Assembly: GCA_041611735.1 (NCBI GenBank)
Contig: JBFIML010000025.1
Span: 1-62,909 of the forward strand
Reading direction: 5' to 3'
Length of the DNA stretch: 62,909 nucleotides
Origin: Myxococcota bacterium
GTDB lineage: Bacteria; Myxococcota_A; UBA9160; PR03
The position numbers and the translations under genes were made by a program. Every line of letters begins with the position of its first letter. Positions within the stretch are counted from its first letter, which is position 1. Of this stretch, positions 1-9,026 are shown one piece after another. Below the pieces are notes generated by a model. That model saw only the letters and a list, made by a program, of their open reading frames with translations, did not search any database and was not told the origin of the DNA.

Positions 1-840
1 CCCCGCCACGGCCGCACGGCCCTCGTGACCGGCGCCGCCTCCGGGATCGGGCGCGCCCTGGCAGAGGCCCTGGCCCAGGACGGGGCCCAGGTGGTGCTGG
101 CGGACCGGCAGGTGGATCTGGCCGAGGAGGTGGCGGAAGGCATCCGGGAAGCGGGGGGTGCCGCCCGGGTGGCCGAGCTCGACGTGCGCGACGCGGGGCG
201 CTTCCAGGCGGTGGTGGACGAGCTCTTCGAGCGCGAAGGGCGCCTCGACTGGCTCTTCAACAACGCCGGCGTCGGCGTCTCCGCAGAGATCAAGGACTAC
301 GAGCCCGCCGACTGGGACGACGTCTTCGACGTGAACCTGCGCGGCGTGGCCCACGGGATCCTGGCCGCCTACCCGCGGATGGTCGAGCAGGGCTTCGGCC
401 ACATCGTGAACACCGCCTCCATGGCCGGGCTCTTCCCCACGGCCTTCACCGGCAGCTACACCGCCACGAAGTTCGCCGTGGTGGGGCTCTCCCGGTCCTT
501 GCGACTCGAGGCGGCGCCTCACGGGGTGCGGGTCTCGGTCCTGTGCCCGGGCGTGATCCGCACGCCGATCCTGGAAGGCGGCCGCTACGGGCGCCTCAAG
601 TACCGCTACGACGCGGAGAAGCTGCAGCGGAGCTGGGAGGAGTTTCGTCCCCTGCCTGCCCCGGAGCTGGCCCGACGCGCGCTGCGCCAGATGGACCGCA
701 ACCGCGCCATCATCGTGGAGCCACGATGGTGGAAGGCGATCTGGTACGTGGATCGACTCTCGCCGGGCCTGGGCGAACGGCTCGGCCGGCTCATGTACCG
801 GCGCATGCGGGCGCGGTTCGACGAGATCCGCATCGGCTGA
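1..840 (+). CDS. SDR family oxidoreductase (5' end probably outside the window)
   Basis: Frame open from base 1 (PRHGRTALVTGAASGIG); TGxxxGxG, NNAG and YTATK motifs. Confidence 0.92.
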   Translation, partial: PRHGRTALVTGAASGIGRALAEALAQDGAQVVLADRQVDLAEEVAEGIREAGGAARVAELDVRDAGRFQAVVDELFEREGRLDWLFNNAGVGVSAEIKDYEPADWDDVFDVNLRGVAHGILAAYPRMVEQGFGHIVNTASMAGLFPTAFTGSYTATKFAVVGLSRSLRLEAAPHGVRVSVLCPGVIRTPILEGGRYGRLKYRYDAEKLQRSWEEFRPLPAPELARRALRQMDRNRAIIVEPRWWKAIWYVDRLSPGLGERLGRLMYRRMRARFDEIRIG

Positions 841-854
841 GAGAGGGAGCCCGC

Positions 855-1688
855 ATGTCCAGCGTCTCGATCGAAAAACCCGAGCGCCACGTCAGCGTCG
901 TCCGCTTGAACCGGCCCGAGCGTCTGAACGCCATGTCCATCGAGCTGTGCCTGGACCTCGAGCGCACGCTCGGGGAGGTTACGCGTGACAACGACTGCCG
1001 GGTCGTGGTCCTGACTGGCGCGGGACGCGCCTTCTGCTCCGGCCTCGACCTCAAGGACCATTCGGTGGTGCCGGACGTGGAGGGGCTCACGGTGCCGCGC
1101 ATCGGGCCCCGAGCGATCCGCATCTACTCCCGCCTGATCCCCGCCATGCGTCACGTGCCGCAGCCGATCCTGGCGGCCGTGAACGGCCCGGCCTACGGGG
1201 GCGGGCTGTGCCTCACCCTGGCGGCGGACCTGCGCATCGCCGCGGCGTCGGCGGTCTTCAATGCCACGGGCATCGTGAACGGACTCACCAGCACGGAGCT
1301 CGGGGCGAGCTGGCTGCTGCCGCGCCTGGTGGGCGCCGCCCACGCCAACGAAATCCTGCTGACCGGCCGCCGCATCGACGCGCGGGAGGCCCTGCGCATG
1401 GGACTCGTCTCGGAGGTGGTGCCCGACGACGCGATCCTGGCGCGCGCCCTCGAGATCGCCCGCAGCATGTGCGCCTTCAGCCCCTACGGCCTGCAGATGA
1501 CCAAGCAGGTGCTGTGGGCCAATCTCGAGAACCCGAGCCTGGCGGCGGCCATCGAGCTGGAGGACCGCAACCAGATCATGCTCGGCATGACCGACAACCT
1601 GCCCGAGGCGATCGAGGCCTTCGACGCCCAGCGCAAGCCCGTCTACAGCGACGAGCCGCGCCGCGGCGTCTACCGCCGCGAGGAGTAG
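855..1688 (+). CDS. Enoyl-CoA hydratase/isomerase (crotonase)
   Basis: ATG at 855 after GAGGGAG; LNRPERLNAM, FCSGLDL and AAVNGPAYGGG motifs. Confidence 0.92.
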   Translation: MSSVSIEKPERHVSVVRLNRPERLNAMSIELCLDLERTLGEVTRDNDCRVVVLTGAGRAFCSGLDLKDHSVVPDVEGLTVPRIGPRAIRIYSRLIPAMRHVPQPILAAVNGPAYGGGLCLTLAADLRIAAASAVFNATGIVNGLTSTELGASWLLPRLVGAAHANEILLTGRRIDAREALRMGLVSEVVPDDAILARALEIARSMCAFSPYGLQMTKQVLWANLENPSLAAAIELEDRNQIMLGMTDNLPEAIEAFDAQRKPVYSDEPRRGVYRREE

Positions 1689-1695
1689 GCGGGCC

Positions 1696-2094
1696 TCATT
1701 CGGCCTGCCAGCGGATCGTCACGCTGCGGCGACCCCATGCCCGCGCCGCCGCCACGTTGCGCCCCATGTAGAGGTCGATCTTGCGCCGCCAGCGGGAGGG
1801 CATCTTGTCGAGCACCACCCAGGTGCCGGGGAGGCCCTCGATGCGCACGCGGGTGCCGCGCCGAAGCCCGAGGGCCAGCAGGTCCGGCGAGACGGCGATC
1901 GCCTTCATGCCGGGCGCGAGCCGGTCGCCCCAGGCGGCGAGGCTCGCGTCGCCCTCGGTCTGACCGGGCAGGGAGTTGTAGGCGGTGGCCGTGACTTCGA
2001 GGGCGCGCTCGGCCCCGGCGGGGCCTGCGAGCACCGCGAGGCAGCAGGCCACGAAGAGCGTCCGGCCGGGAGCGCGCACGTCCGTTTCTGGCAT
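1696..2094 (-). CDS. Secreted 3D-domain (MltA-like, peptidoglycan-related) protein
   Basis: Signal peptide, then VTATAYNS...IAVSPD...VLDKM...KIDLYMG. Confidence 0.85.
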   Translation of the reverse strand: MPETDVRAPGRTLFVACCLAVLAGPAGAERALEVTATAYNSLPGQTEGDASLAAWGDRLAPGMKAIAVSPDLLALGLRRGTRVRIEGLPGTWVVLDKMPSRWRRKIDLYMGRNVAAARAWGRRSVTIRWQAE

Positions 2095-2131
2095 CGGCGA
2101 AACCCGCGAGGTCCTTGAGATCCGCCCCGCT

Positions 2132-4342
2132 TCAGCGCATCCTGCGCAAGAGACCCGCGCGCCGGCGGCAGCGCAGACGCAGGAGCGCCGGCAGGACGAA
2201 CGCCAGCTCGAAGCCCAGGCCGCAGCCGCTCGACTCCGCGTTGCGCCAGGCGGCATCCACGCACTGGGGATCGGGCTGGGTCTGCTGGGCGGGCGGCACG
2301 CCGGCCGAGGCTCCTCCGTCCCAATCCATGCGGCCGTCGCCGTCGTCGTCCATGCCGTTCTGGCAGCGCGGGTCCTCCACCCAATGCGGGTCGCGGCAGC
2401 CGGGATCGCCGCTTCCGTCGCTGCGGAAGTCCACGAGCCCATCGGGGACCGGCTCGTTGTCGGCGCCGTCGTCGCACGGCAGCAGCAGCGAACGCTCCGA
2501 GAGGTCGGCGGCCGACGCGCAGCCCGGGTCGTCGGGGAAGTCCACGCGACCGTCGCCGTCGTCGTCGCTGCCGTTTCCGCACTCCGGCTGGAGCGCGCCG
2601 GCGGCCGCCGAGGCATCGGCGATGCCCGCGCCGGCGTCGCGGTCCGCACCCGGCGCCTCGATGTCGAGGGCGGTGGCCCGCAGGGCGTCCGCCACCTCCC
2701 CCGGCGTGCGCCCGAGGGAGCTCGCAAACTCGAGCAACAGCGCCGCCAGACCCGCCGCGTGAGGCGCCGCGGCGGAGGTGCCGCAGAAGGTGGCGAAGCC
2801 CGGGCTCGCGGTGCTCACGCAGTCAGCGGCGGCGAGATCGGGCTTGGCGCGCAGCTCGCCGCCGCTGGCGGAAAGATCGCCGGGAGTCAGGGGCGTCCCG
2901 TCCGCCGCGTGGAAGATGCGGCGCGGCCCGTCGGAGCTGTAGGTCTGCACCGACTCGCTGCCGGCGAAGACGCCTCCCGGTCCGGCCGCGCTGCGCACGT
3001 CTACCGCTGCCACGGCCAGGGCGCCCCGGGCAGCCGGGTGGCCGCCGATCTGGCCGGCCGTGGCCACGGCCAGGCGGCCGCGGTTGGCGTTCAGGTGCAG
3101 GAAGCGGGTCGCCCCGGCGGAGCGCACCACCACCAGCCGGCGGCGCTTGTCGTTGAAGAGCGTCGAGTCGATCAGCTCGAAGGGGTCGTCGTCACCGTCC
3201 TGCACGTCCGTAGAGGCAGCCACCACCTGCGTGAGCGCTCGGTTGGCCAGGAAGAGGTCGTAGTCGTTGCCCGAAGCACCCTTCGCGTCCGACCAGTGGA
3301 GCGTGAACACGAAGGGCGAGTCCGCGGTCACCTCGTTTCCGATGGAGCCACCGAAGCCGTGGGCCGGCGCGCCCGCGAAAGAGCTGCCCGAGCTGACGAA
3401 GTCTCCCTCCCACACCCCGGAGGTGCCATCGTTCGCGTTGCCTGCGTTTCCGGCCGCGGAGAAGTAGAGCGCGCCGTCGGTGACCACGGCATCCACCGCG
3501 TCGGCCACCAAGTCGTCCTGCAGCACGGCCTCCGCGAAGTAGCCCACGTCGTCCACGATGACCTGGGCGCCTGCGGCGCGCAGCGCCAGGATGTTCGCCG
3601 CGAACCCCGCCATGCCGCCGAAGGCCGTGGCGAACAGGAGCTCCGCCCCGGGAGCGAGGTCGTGGACGATCTCGAGCATGGCGGTTCCCTCGCTCCCGGA
3701 GCCCGCCTGGCCGGGCAGGACCGTCACGTTCGGCGGAAGATCTCCGGAGGCCTGGAGGGAGGCGAGCGCATCGACGCCGTCCGAGAGGACGCCCACCCGG
3801 ATGCCGATTCCATCCACCCCGAAGGCGGCGCGCACGGCATCGGCCCGGTGGGCCCCGTCGCCTTCGCTGGTATCGAGCTTGCGGGTGAAAGCGCGGTCGG
3901 CGGGGCGGATCGCGCGCACCTCTGGAAGGACGGCCACCTCCTCGAGGAGCGCCAGGGGAAGCCGGGCGCGGAGGGCCCGCTCCCGCGGGAAGCTCGCCTC
4001 CACGCTTCCGCCCAGCGCGGCGATGCGCGCGAGGAGGCCCGGCGTCACCTCGGCGCGCAGATCCACGAGCGTGGTGCCGTCGGTTGCCACCTCGACGCCG
4101 GTGCGCAGCGGCGGAACCCCGGAAGCAACCGGCACGCCGCGGCGTTGCTGCGCCGCGTGCAGAAGGCGCGAGGCGAGCTTGCGCTGGACCGGCGTTCGCG
4201 CCGCCTTCTCGGCCCGCAGGGCGGCGATCTGGGCCACGAGCTCCGGGGCCGGGCCCTGGGCCGCCGCGGGCCCGACGGCCAGGAGAACCCACCCGGCCAG
4301 GAGGAACCGCCCGAGCGGCTGCCTGCGCCCGCCTCGTCTCAT
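2132..4342 (-). CDS. Secreted subtilase (S8/S53-like) with C-terminal Cys/Asp-rich repeats and a membrane-anchor tail
   Basis: Signal peptide; GVLSDG, SEGTAMLEIVHD, SAAGN and FCGTSAAAPH motifs; three C-x-(N/D)G-x-D repeats; GCGLGFEL-hydrophobic-RRR tail. Confidence 0.9.
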   Translation of the reverse strand: MRRGGRRQPLGRFLLAGWVLLAVGPAAAQGPAPELVAQIAALRAEKAARTPVQRKLASRLLHAAQQRRGVPVASGVPPLRTGVEVATDGTTLVDLRAEVTPGLLARIAALGGSVEASFPRERALRARLPLALLEEVAVLPEVRAIRPADRAFTRKLDTSEGDGAHRADAVRAAFGVDGIGIRVGVLSDGVDALASLQASGDLPPNVTVLPGQAGSGSEGTAMLEIVHDLAPGAELLFATAFGGMAGFAANILALRAAGAQVIVDDVGYFAEAVLQDDLVADAVDAVVTDGALYFSAAGNAGNANDGTSGVWEGDFVSSGSSFAGAPAHGFGGSIGNEVTADSPFVFTLHWSDAKGASGNDYDLFLANRALTQVVAASTDVQDGDDDPFELIDSTLFNDKRRRLVVVRSAGATRFLHLNANRGRLAVATAGQIGGHPAARGALAVAAVDVRSAAGPGGVFAGSESVQTYSSDGPRRIFHAADGTPLTPGDLSASGGELRAKPDLAAADCVSTASPGFATFCGTSAAAPHAAGLAALLLEFASSLGRTPGEVADALRATALDIEAPGADRDAGAGIADASAAAGALQPECGNGSDDDGDGRVDFPDDPGCASAADLSERSLLLPCDDGADNEPVPDGLVDFRSDGSGDPGCRDPHWVEDPRCQNGMDDDGDGRMDWDGGASAGVPPAQQTQPDPQCVDAAWRNAESSGCGLGFELAFVLPALLRLRCRRRAGLLRRMR

Positions 4343-4456
4343 GAGCTCATGCTACCAGCAGAAACGTCCCGGCCTAACCCCGGGAGCCTGGTTTCGGATA
4401 GAATGCCGCTTGCGCCCGTGCCGGCTCCCAAGCTGCTGCGAACACCGAGGTGCGCC

Positions 4457-5257
4457 ATGCCGGCTGAATCCCCCCAGCCTGCCGGAACTTCGCATCGCTT
4501 CCGCGATCATGCTGCCGGGGCGCGAGCGGGCGTCCGCGACCTGTATCGGCAGAACCACGCCGGCCAGACCCTCGCCTTCGTGCGCGGCCGGAAGACCGCC
4601 TACCTGCCGCCGCGCCGGCGGCGCATGGGGGTGTGGGAGGCGAGCGAGGCGCTCTCCACCTTCGTGGACGCCAGTGATCCGGACCTCACCCTGCCCCAGC
4701 TCGACCATGCCTTCCAGACCGCCGAGTCCCTGCGTGCGGCCGGCAAGCCCGAGTGGATGGTGCTGGTGGGCCTGCTGCACGACCTGGGCAAGGTGCTGCA
4801 TCTGTTCGGCGAGCCCCAGTGGGCGGTGGTGGGCGACACCTTCCCGGTGGGCTGCGCCTTCTCGGAGCGGATCGTGCATGCGGAGCTCTTCGCGGACAAC
4901 CCCGACACCCGGAACCCCGTGTACTCCACGCGGCTCGGGATCTACACGCCGGGATGCGGACTCGACCGGGTGCACTTCTCCTGGGGGCACGACGAGTACC
5001 TGTTCCAGGTGTTGAAGGATTACCTCCCCGAGCAGGCGGCCTACGTGATCCGCTACCACTCCTTCTACGCCGGCCACTCGGGCGGCGCCTACGACTTCCT
5101 GCTGGACGGGCCCGATCGCCGGCTAATGGCCGATCTGCGCGAGTTCCAGCCCTACGACCTCTACTCGAAGGGAGCAACGCCTCCGGACCGCCAGGCACTG
5201 CGGCCCCGCTACGAGGACCTGGTGGCGCGCTATCTGCCCGACGCGCTGTGGTGGTGA
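4457..5257 (+). CDS. miox: Myo-inositol oxygenase family protein
   Basis: VDASDPD, HAFQTAE, LLHDLGK, QWAVVGDTFPVGC, SWGHDEY, IRYHSFY and DLYSK motifs. Confidence 0.92.
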   Translation: MPAESPQPAGTSHRFRDHAAGARAGVRDLYRQNHAGQTLAFVRGRKTAYLPPRRRRMGVWEASEALSTFVDASDPDLTLPQLDHAFQTAESLRAAGKPEWMVLVGLLHDLGKVLHLFGEPQWAVVGDTFPVGCAFSERIVHAELFADNPDTRNPVYSTRLGIYTPGCGLDRVHFSWGHDEYLFQVLKDYLPEQAAYVIRYHSFYAGHSGGAYDFLLDGPDRRLMADLREFQPYDLYSKGATPPDRQALRPRYEDLVARYLPDALWW

Positions 5258-5266
5258 GCGACGGGA

Positions 5267-5686
5267 CTAGCGCACCAGCAGGACCGAGCAGGGTGCCAGC
5301 AACGCCACCTGATGGCTGATGGTGCCGAAGCCGCCGCCCGCCCGCTCGGGGTCCAGGGCGTGGGAGACGAGGACGATCAGGTCCGTCTCCTGCTCCCGAG
5401 CGTAGCGCAGGATCTGCGCGCCCCGGCGCCCGAAGAGAATCTCCTGGCGAACCTCGGCGCCCTGCGCCTCGAGCCGATGCGCCCACTCCCGCAACCGCTT
5501 CTCGGCCTTGTCGCGCAGCCGCCCGTAGAAGCCCTCCAGCTCCTGGTCGGGCACGTCCTGGATCGTCTCCACCACGTGCAGCAGGATGATCGCGGCGCCC
5601 GGCTGTGCGGCCAGCTCGCTGGCCCGCTCCACGGCCAGGTCGCTGCGCTCGGAGAGGTCCACGGGGAGCAGCACGCGGCGGAACAC
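5267..5686 (-). CDS. Universal stress protein
   Basis: GTG after AAGGAGGG; FRRVLLPVDLS...LLHVV...DLIVL...GTISHQV..APCSVLLVR. Confidence 0.92.
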   Translation of the reverse strand: MFRRVLLPVDLSERSDLAVERASELAAQPGAAIILLHVVETIQDVPDQELEGFYGRLRDKAEKRLREWAHRLEAQGAEVRQEILFGRRGAQILRYAREQETDLIVLVSHALDPERAGGGFGTISHQVALLAPCSVLLVR

Positions 5687-5924
5687 GGAGAGGCCCTCCT
5701 TCGCCACCGGCCCGGGCCGGCGTGCCAAGCCTAGCAGGCGTCCCGGCTCGAAACGCCGTCTCCACGTGACCGCCCCTGTCACGAGGTTCCTCCAGGATGG
5801 TCCACGTGGGCTCCGGGCGGCTCCCTCCCCCCACCGGAGGCAGCGGAACCGGCCCCGGGGAGCACCCCGGGGCCGGGGGGAGTCGCCCGTCCCCGAACCC
5901 GTCGCCCGCCCGAGGAGGTCCGTG

Positions 5925-6236
5925 ATGCGAACGCCCCGACGCCGCGCCCCGCAGCCGGCCCTGCGCGTGGTGCGCAACGGCCTGCGCGACCTCATGTGCC
6001 GCGCCTGCGGCTCCACCGAGCGCGTGGTGCAGGTGGACTGGGTGCCGGTCCAGTACCCGGTGGTGGGCGTCCGCGTGGGAGGCACGCTCGTGGTCGACAA
6101 CACGAGCTTCGCGGTCGAGATCGACTGGGAGAACTTCGACCCGCAGCGCCAGGAGCTGCTCTGCAAGCACTGCGGCCACCGCTGGCGCGTACCAGACCAC
6201 GTCGGGATCGAGGTGACCGAGGAGGACGGGAGCTAG
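5925..6236 (+). CDS. Small hypothetical Zn-ribbon protein
   Basis: Strong RBS GAGGAGG at 5912-5918; two CxxC motifs (CRAC, CKHC); GC3-rich codons. Confidence 0.75.
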   Translation: MRTPRRRAPQPALRVVRNGLRDLMCRACGSTERVVQVDWVPVQYPVVGVRVGGTLVVDNTSFAVEIDWENFDPQRQELLCKHCGHRWRVPDHVGIEVTEEDGS

Positions 6237-6757
6237 GGCTCTCCCCAGGCGCCGGTCTCGCGCAGGGTGGCGAAGGACAGGGCCAGGAGTTCCCCGGCCT
6301 CGTCCACGAAGCGGGTCTCCACCCAGGTGGTGGCACCGCGACGGCGCACCACCCGGCTCTCCATCAGGAAGCGGTCCGTGATCGGCTCGAAGTAGTCCAC
6401 GCGCAGGTTCAGCGTCACGATCCAGCCGCCCTCGAAGCGATGCTCGACAGTTTGCCCGGCGCGCACCGTACACACCGCCACCAGGTCCGCGTAGGCGGGC
6501 GTGAAACCACCGAACAGCTGACCGCGGGCGTTGCGCACCGCGTCGGCCACGTGGGCGCGGACTCGCAGCCGGCCGTCGTCCTCCTCGAGGAGCTCCCAGG
6601 CAGGCGCGTCGAGCAGATCGCCGACGGGATGGCCGGGCCCGAGCAGGCGTCCGGGCTCGCGGGCGAGAAAGGCGCGACGCACCGCCTCCGCGGCCGACGG
6701 GTCGAAAGCGGGGGGCGTCTGGCGCCCTCCCCGCGCAGACTTGGAGCTCGTGCTCAC
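6233..6757 (-). CDS. PaaI-like hot-dog fold thioesterase
   Basis: NARGQLFGG, VTLNLRVDYFEP and RVVRRRG motifs; start uncertain (6757 or 6808). Confidence 0.82.
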   Translation of the reverse strand: MSTSSKSARGGRQTPPAFDPSAAEAVRRAFLAREPGRLLGPGHPVGDLLDAPAWELLEEDDGRLRVRAHVADAVRNARGQLFGGFTPAYADLVAVCTVRAGQTVEHRFEGGWIVTLNLRVDYFEPITDRFLMESRVVRRRGATTWVETRFVDEAGELLALSFATLRETGAWGEP

Positions 6758-6901
6758 GCCCGAAGCCCCATGCGCTGCCTCCTCCCGCGAGGGCGGCGAG
6801 CCTATCACAGACGTCCCGGGAACGGGCCGAGGTGCGCGTCGGGGCCAAACCGGGCGGGAGACGCCAGCATGCTGGAGGATCCCGGCATGGAGCGGAGATC
6901 C

Positions 6902-7516
6902 CTAGCGTTCGGTGCCGGGCGGGAGACGCGAGCGCGCACTGGTGTCGATCTGCGCCAGGGTGCGCTCGAAGTCGGCGGCCCAGGCGTGGGTCTCCCGCCG
7001 CACGATGGCGCGGACCTCGAGCAGGAAGCGCCGGCAGCGCTCCAGCGCGGCCTGGGTGGTTTCCACGTCCGGCTCGGCGCCGTCCCCGGTGAGGCGCGCC
7101 GCTTCCCAGTCGATGCGGAAGACGTCGAGGGCGGCGGCGACCTCCTGGGCGGCTAGAGCGGAACGCACCCAGGAGCGAGTGAAGCCCCAGAAGCGATCGA
7201 GCAGGACGAGCAGGCCAGCGCCCGCCAGGAGGAGCGCACCCCAGAGCGGGTCGAGCAGGGGGTGGCCGTCGCGTTCCAGGACCTCGGCCAGCAGCGGGAG
7301 CATGCCGGCGGCACCGGCGGAGAGGATCGCAGCCAGGCGCAGGGCGCGTCCGCCGCGTTGGCCGCGCCGCCGCGCGCGCCAGTACCAGGCGATGGCCCGC
7401 TCCGCCTCGCCGGTCACGTGGCGGAAGAGCAGCTCCAGGGACTTGGCACGCGCCCCGTCCTCCCAGGCGAGGCTCGGGAACGGGGCGGGCGCGAGGTCTC
7501 GAGCCGATCCGTCCAC
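6902..7516 (-). CDS. SLATT-domain (SLATT_2-like) two-TM protein
   Basis: AIAWY-basic stretch, two hydrophobic helices, LDRFWGFTRSWVR, then ET..W...F. Confidence 0.75.
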   Translation of the reverse strand: MDGSARDLAPAPFPSLAWEDGARAKSLELLFRHVTGEAERAIAWYWRARRRGQRGGRALRLAAILSAGAAGMLPLLAEVLERDGHPLLDPLWGALLLAGAGLLVLLDRFWGFTRSWVRSALAAQEVAAALDVFRIDWEAARLTGDGAEPDVETTQAALERCRRFLLEVRAIVRRETHAWAADFERTLAQIDTSARSRLPPGTER

Positions 7517-7569
7517 GGCGCCGGGGCGTCTCCCGGATCGACGTGTCGGCGATCCGGCGTTGCGGACGC

Positions 7570-7599
7570 GTGATCGACCTCACCAGAACGTGATACAAT
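7570..7599 (+). promoter_or_regulatory. Extended -10 promoter (TGnTACAAT) with an upstream CRP/FNR-like GTGA-N6-TCAC site
   Basis: GTGA-tcgacc-TCAC at 7570-7583; TG-A-TACAAT at 7591-7599; RBS GGAGG near 7619-7623. Confidence 0.5.
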
Positions 7600-7631
7600 A
7601 CGAGGTGTTGCGCATTGCGGAGGCTCGCTCC

Positions 7632-9026
7632 GTGCAGGATCTACCCTCCCGCTCCTGGTGGCTCGGCCTCGACCCCTATACCCCGAACCCGCCCCTCGAC
7701 CGGGACGCCCGGGTCGACGTGGCCGTGGTGGGCGGCGGGTTCACGGGGCTGTGGACCGCCTACCTGCTGCTCAAGGAGCGTCCCGACCTGGACGTGGTCG
7801 TGCTGGAGGGGAACGCGGTGGGCTACGGGGCGTCGGGCCGCAACGGCGGCTTCGCCATGACCCTCGTGCATCGCACCCTCACCCATCTCGCGGCCTACGT
7901 AGGCGACGCGGAGGCCCGCAAGATCTACCTGGCCGCGAAGCAGGCCGTCGAGCACATCGACAAGACCGTGGCGGCGGAGGGGATCGCTTGCGACCTCCAG
8001 CCGAACGGCCTCATCACGCTCTCCAACACGCCGCCCCAGGACCGCATCATCGAGGCCGAGCTCGTGACGGCGGCGCGGCTCGGTCTCGAGGGGGATTTCA
8101 CCTTCCTGGACCGCACGGCAGCCCAGCAACGCATCCACTCGCAGCGCATCCGCTGCGCCTTCCGGGAGGAGGCCTGCTCGCTGCTGAACCCGGCGCGCCT
8201 GGCGCGAGGGCTGAAGGGCGTGGTGGAGCGGCTCGGCGCGCAGGTCTTCGAGGGCACCCCCGTCACGGAGTGGGAGGAGCGCACCGACGGCGTGGTGCTG
8301 CGGACGCCCCGTGGCACGCTGAACGCCCGGCAGGCGCTCGTGGCGGGCAACGCCTACGCCACCGCCTGGCCCGCCACCCGCGAGACCCTGCTCCCCTTCT
8401 ACACCTACATCTGCCTGACGCGCCCCCTCGACGATGCGGAGTGGGAGCGGGTCGGCTGGGCCGGCCGCGAGGGCGCCGAGGACCGTCGCGTGGGGCTCCA
8501 CTACTTCCGTCCCACCGCCGACGGCCGCATCCTCTGGGGCGGGCGCGATCCGGCCTTCCATCCCGACGGCCCGAAGCCGGTCTACGACCGGGACGAGCGG
8601 ATCTTCCAGCGCATGCGGGAGAGCTTCGAGTGGTTCTTCCCGCAGCTCGCCCACGTGCCCTTCGAACGCTCCTGGGGCGGCCCCATCGCCATCACCGGGA
8701 ACTTCCTCCCCGTGGTGGGCTGGTTCGACGTGCGGCGTCGCCGCGTGGCGCATGCCTACGGCTACAACGGCCACGGCGTCTCGATCAGCAACCTGGCGGC
8801 CCACGCGGTGGTGGATCTCTTTGCGGATCGCGAGAGCGAGTGGACCGACCTCGCGTTCGTCGGGGCTCGCCCGCAGCATCTGGGTCCGCACTTCCTGCGC
8901 GACCCGCTGGTGCGCCACGTGGTGGCGCAGCAGCTCCGCGCCGACGACGAGGAGCGCGAGATCCGCGACCCGCTGGCGCTACGCCTCCTGAACCGCCTGA
9001 CCGGTGCGGACCTGAAGACGGGCTAG
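7632..9026 (+). CDS. FAD-dependent oxidoreductase (PuuB/DAO-like amine oxidase family)
   Basis: DVAVVGGGFTGL, GASGRNGG and GYNGHGV motifs. Confidence 0.9.
   Translation: MQDLPSRSWWLGLDPYTPNPPLDRDARVDVAVVGGGFTGLWTAYLLLKERPDLDVVVLEGNAVGYGASGRNGGFAMTLVHRTLTHLAAYVGDAEARKIYLAAKQAVEHIDKTVAAEGIACDLQPNGLITLSNTPPQDRIIEAELVTAARLGLEGDFTFLDRTAAQQRIHSQRIRCAFREEACSLLNPARLARGLKGVVERLGAQVFEGTPVTEWEERTDGVVLRTPRGTLNARQALVAGNAYATAWPATRETLLPFYTYICLTRPLDDAEWERVGWAGREGAEDRRVGLHYFRPTADGRILWGGRDPAFHPDGPKPVYDRDERIFQRMRESFEWFFPQLAHVPFERSWGGPIAITGNFLPVVGWFDVRRRRVAHAYGYNGHGVSISNLAAHAVVDLFADRESEWTDLAFVGARPQHLGPHFLRDPLVRHVVAQQLRADDEEREIRDPLALRLLNRLTGADLKTG

Noticed and set aside
1985..4456. 5' part of the 1090-aa plus-strand ORF, and similar long ORFs (4686-7598, 7658-10417, 26097-28754 extension, 51578-54139, 58291-61104)
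   Set aside because: These are antisense or off-frame shadows of real genes in high-GC DNA, with Arg/Pro/Gly-rich translations and no motifs. Only the motif-bearing portions were kept.
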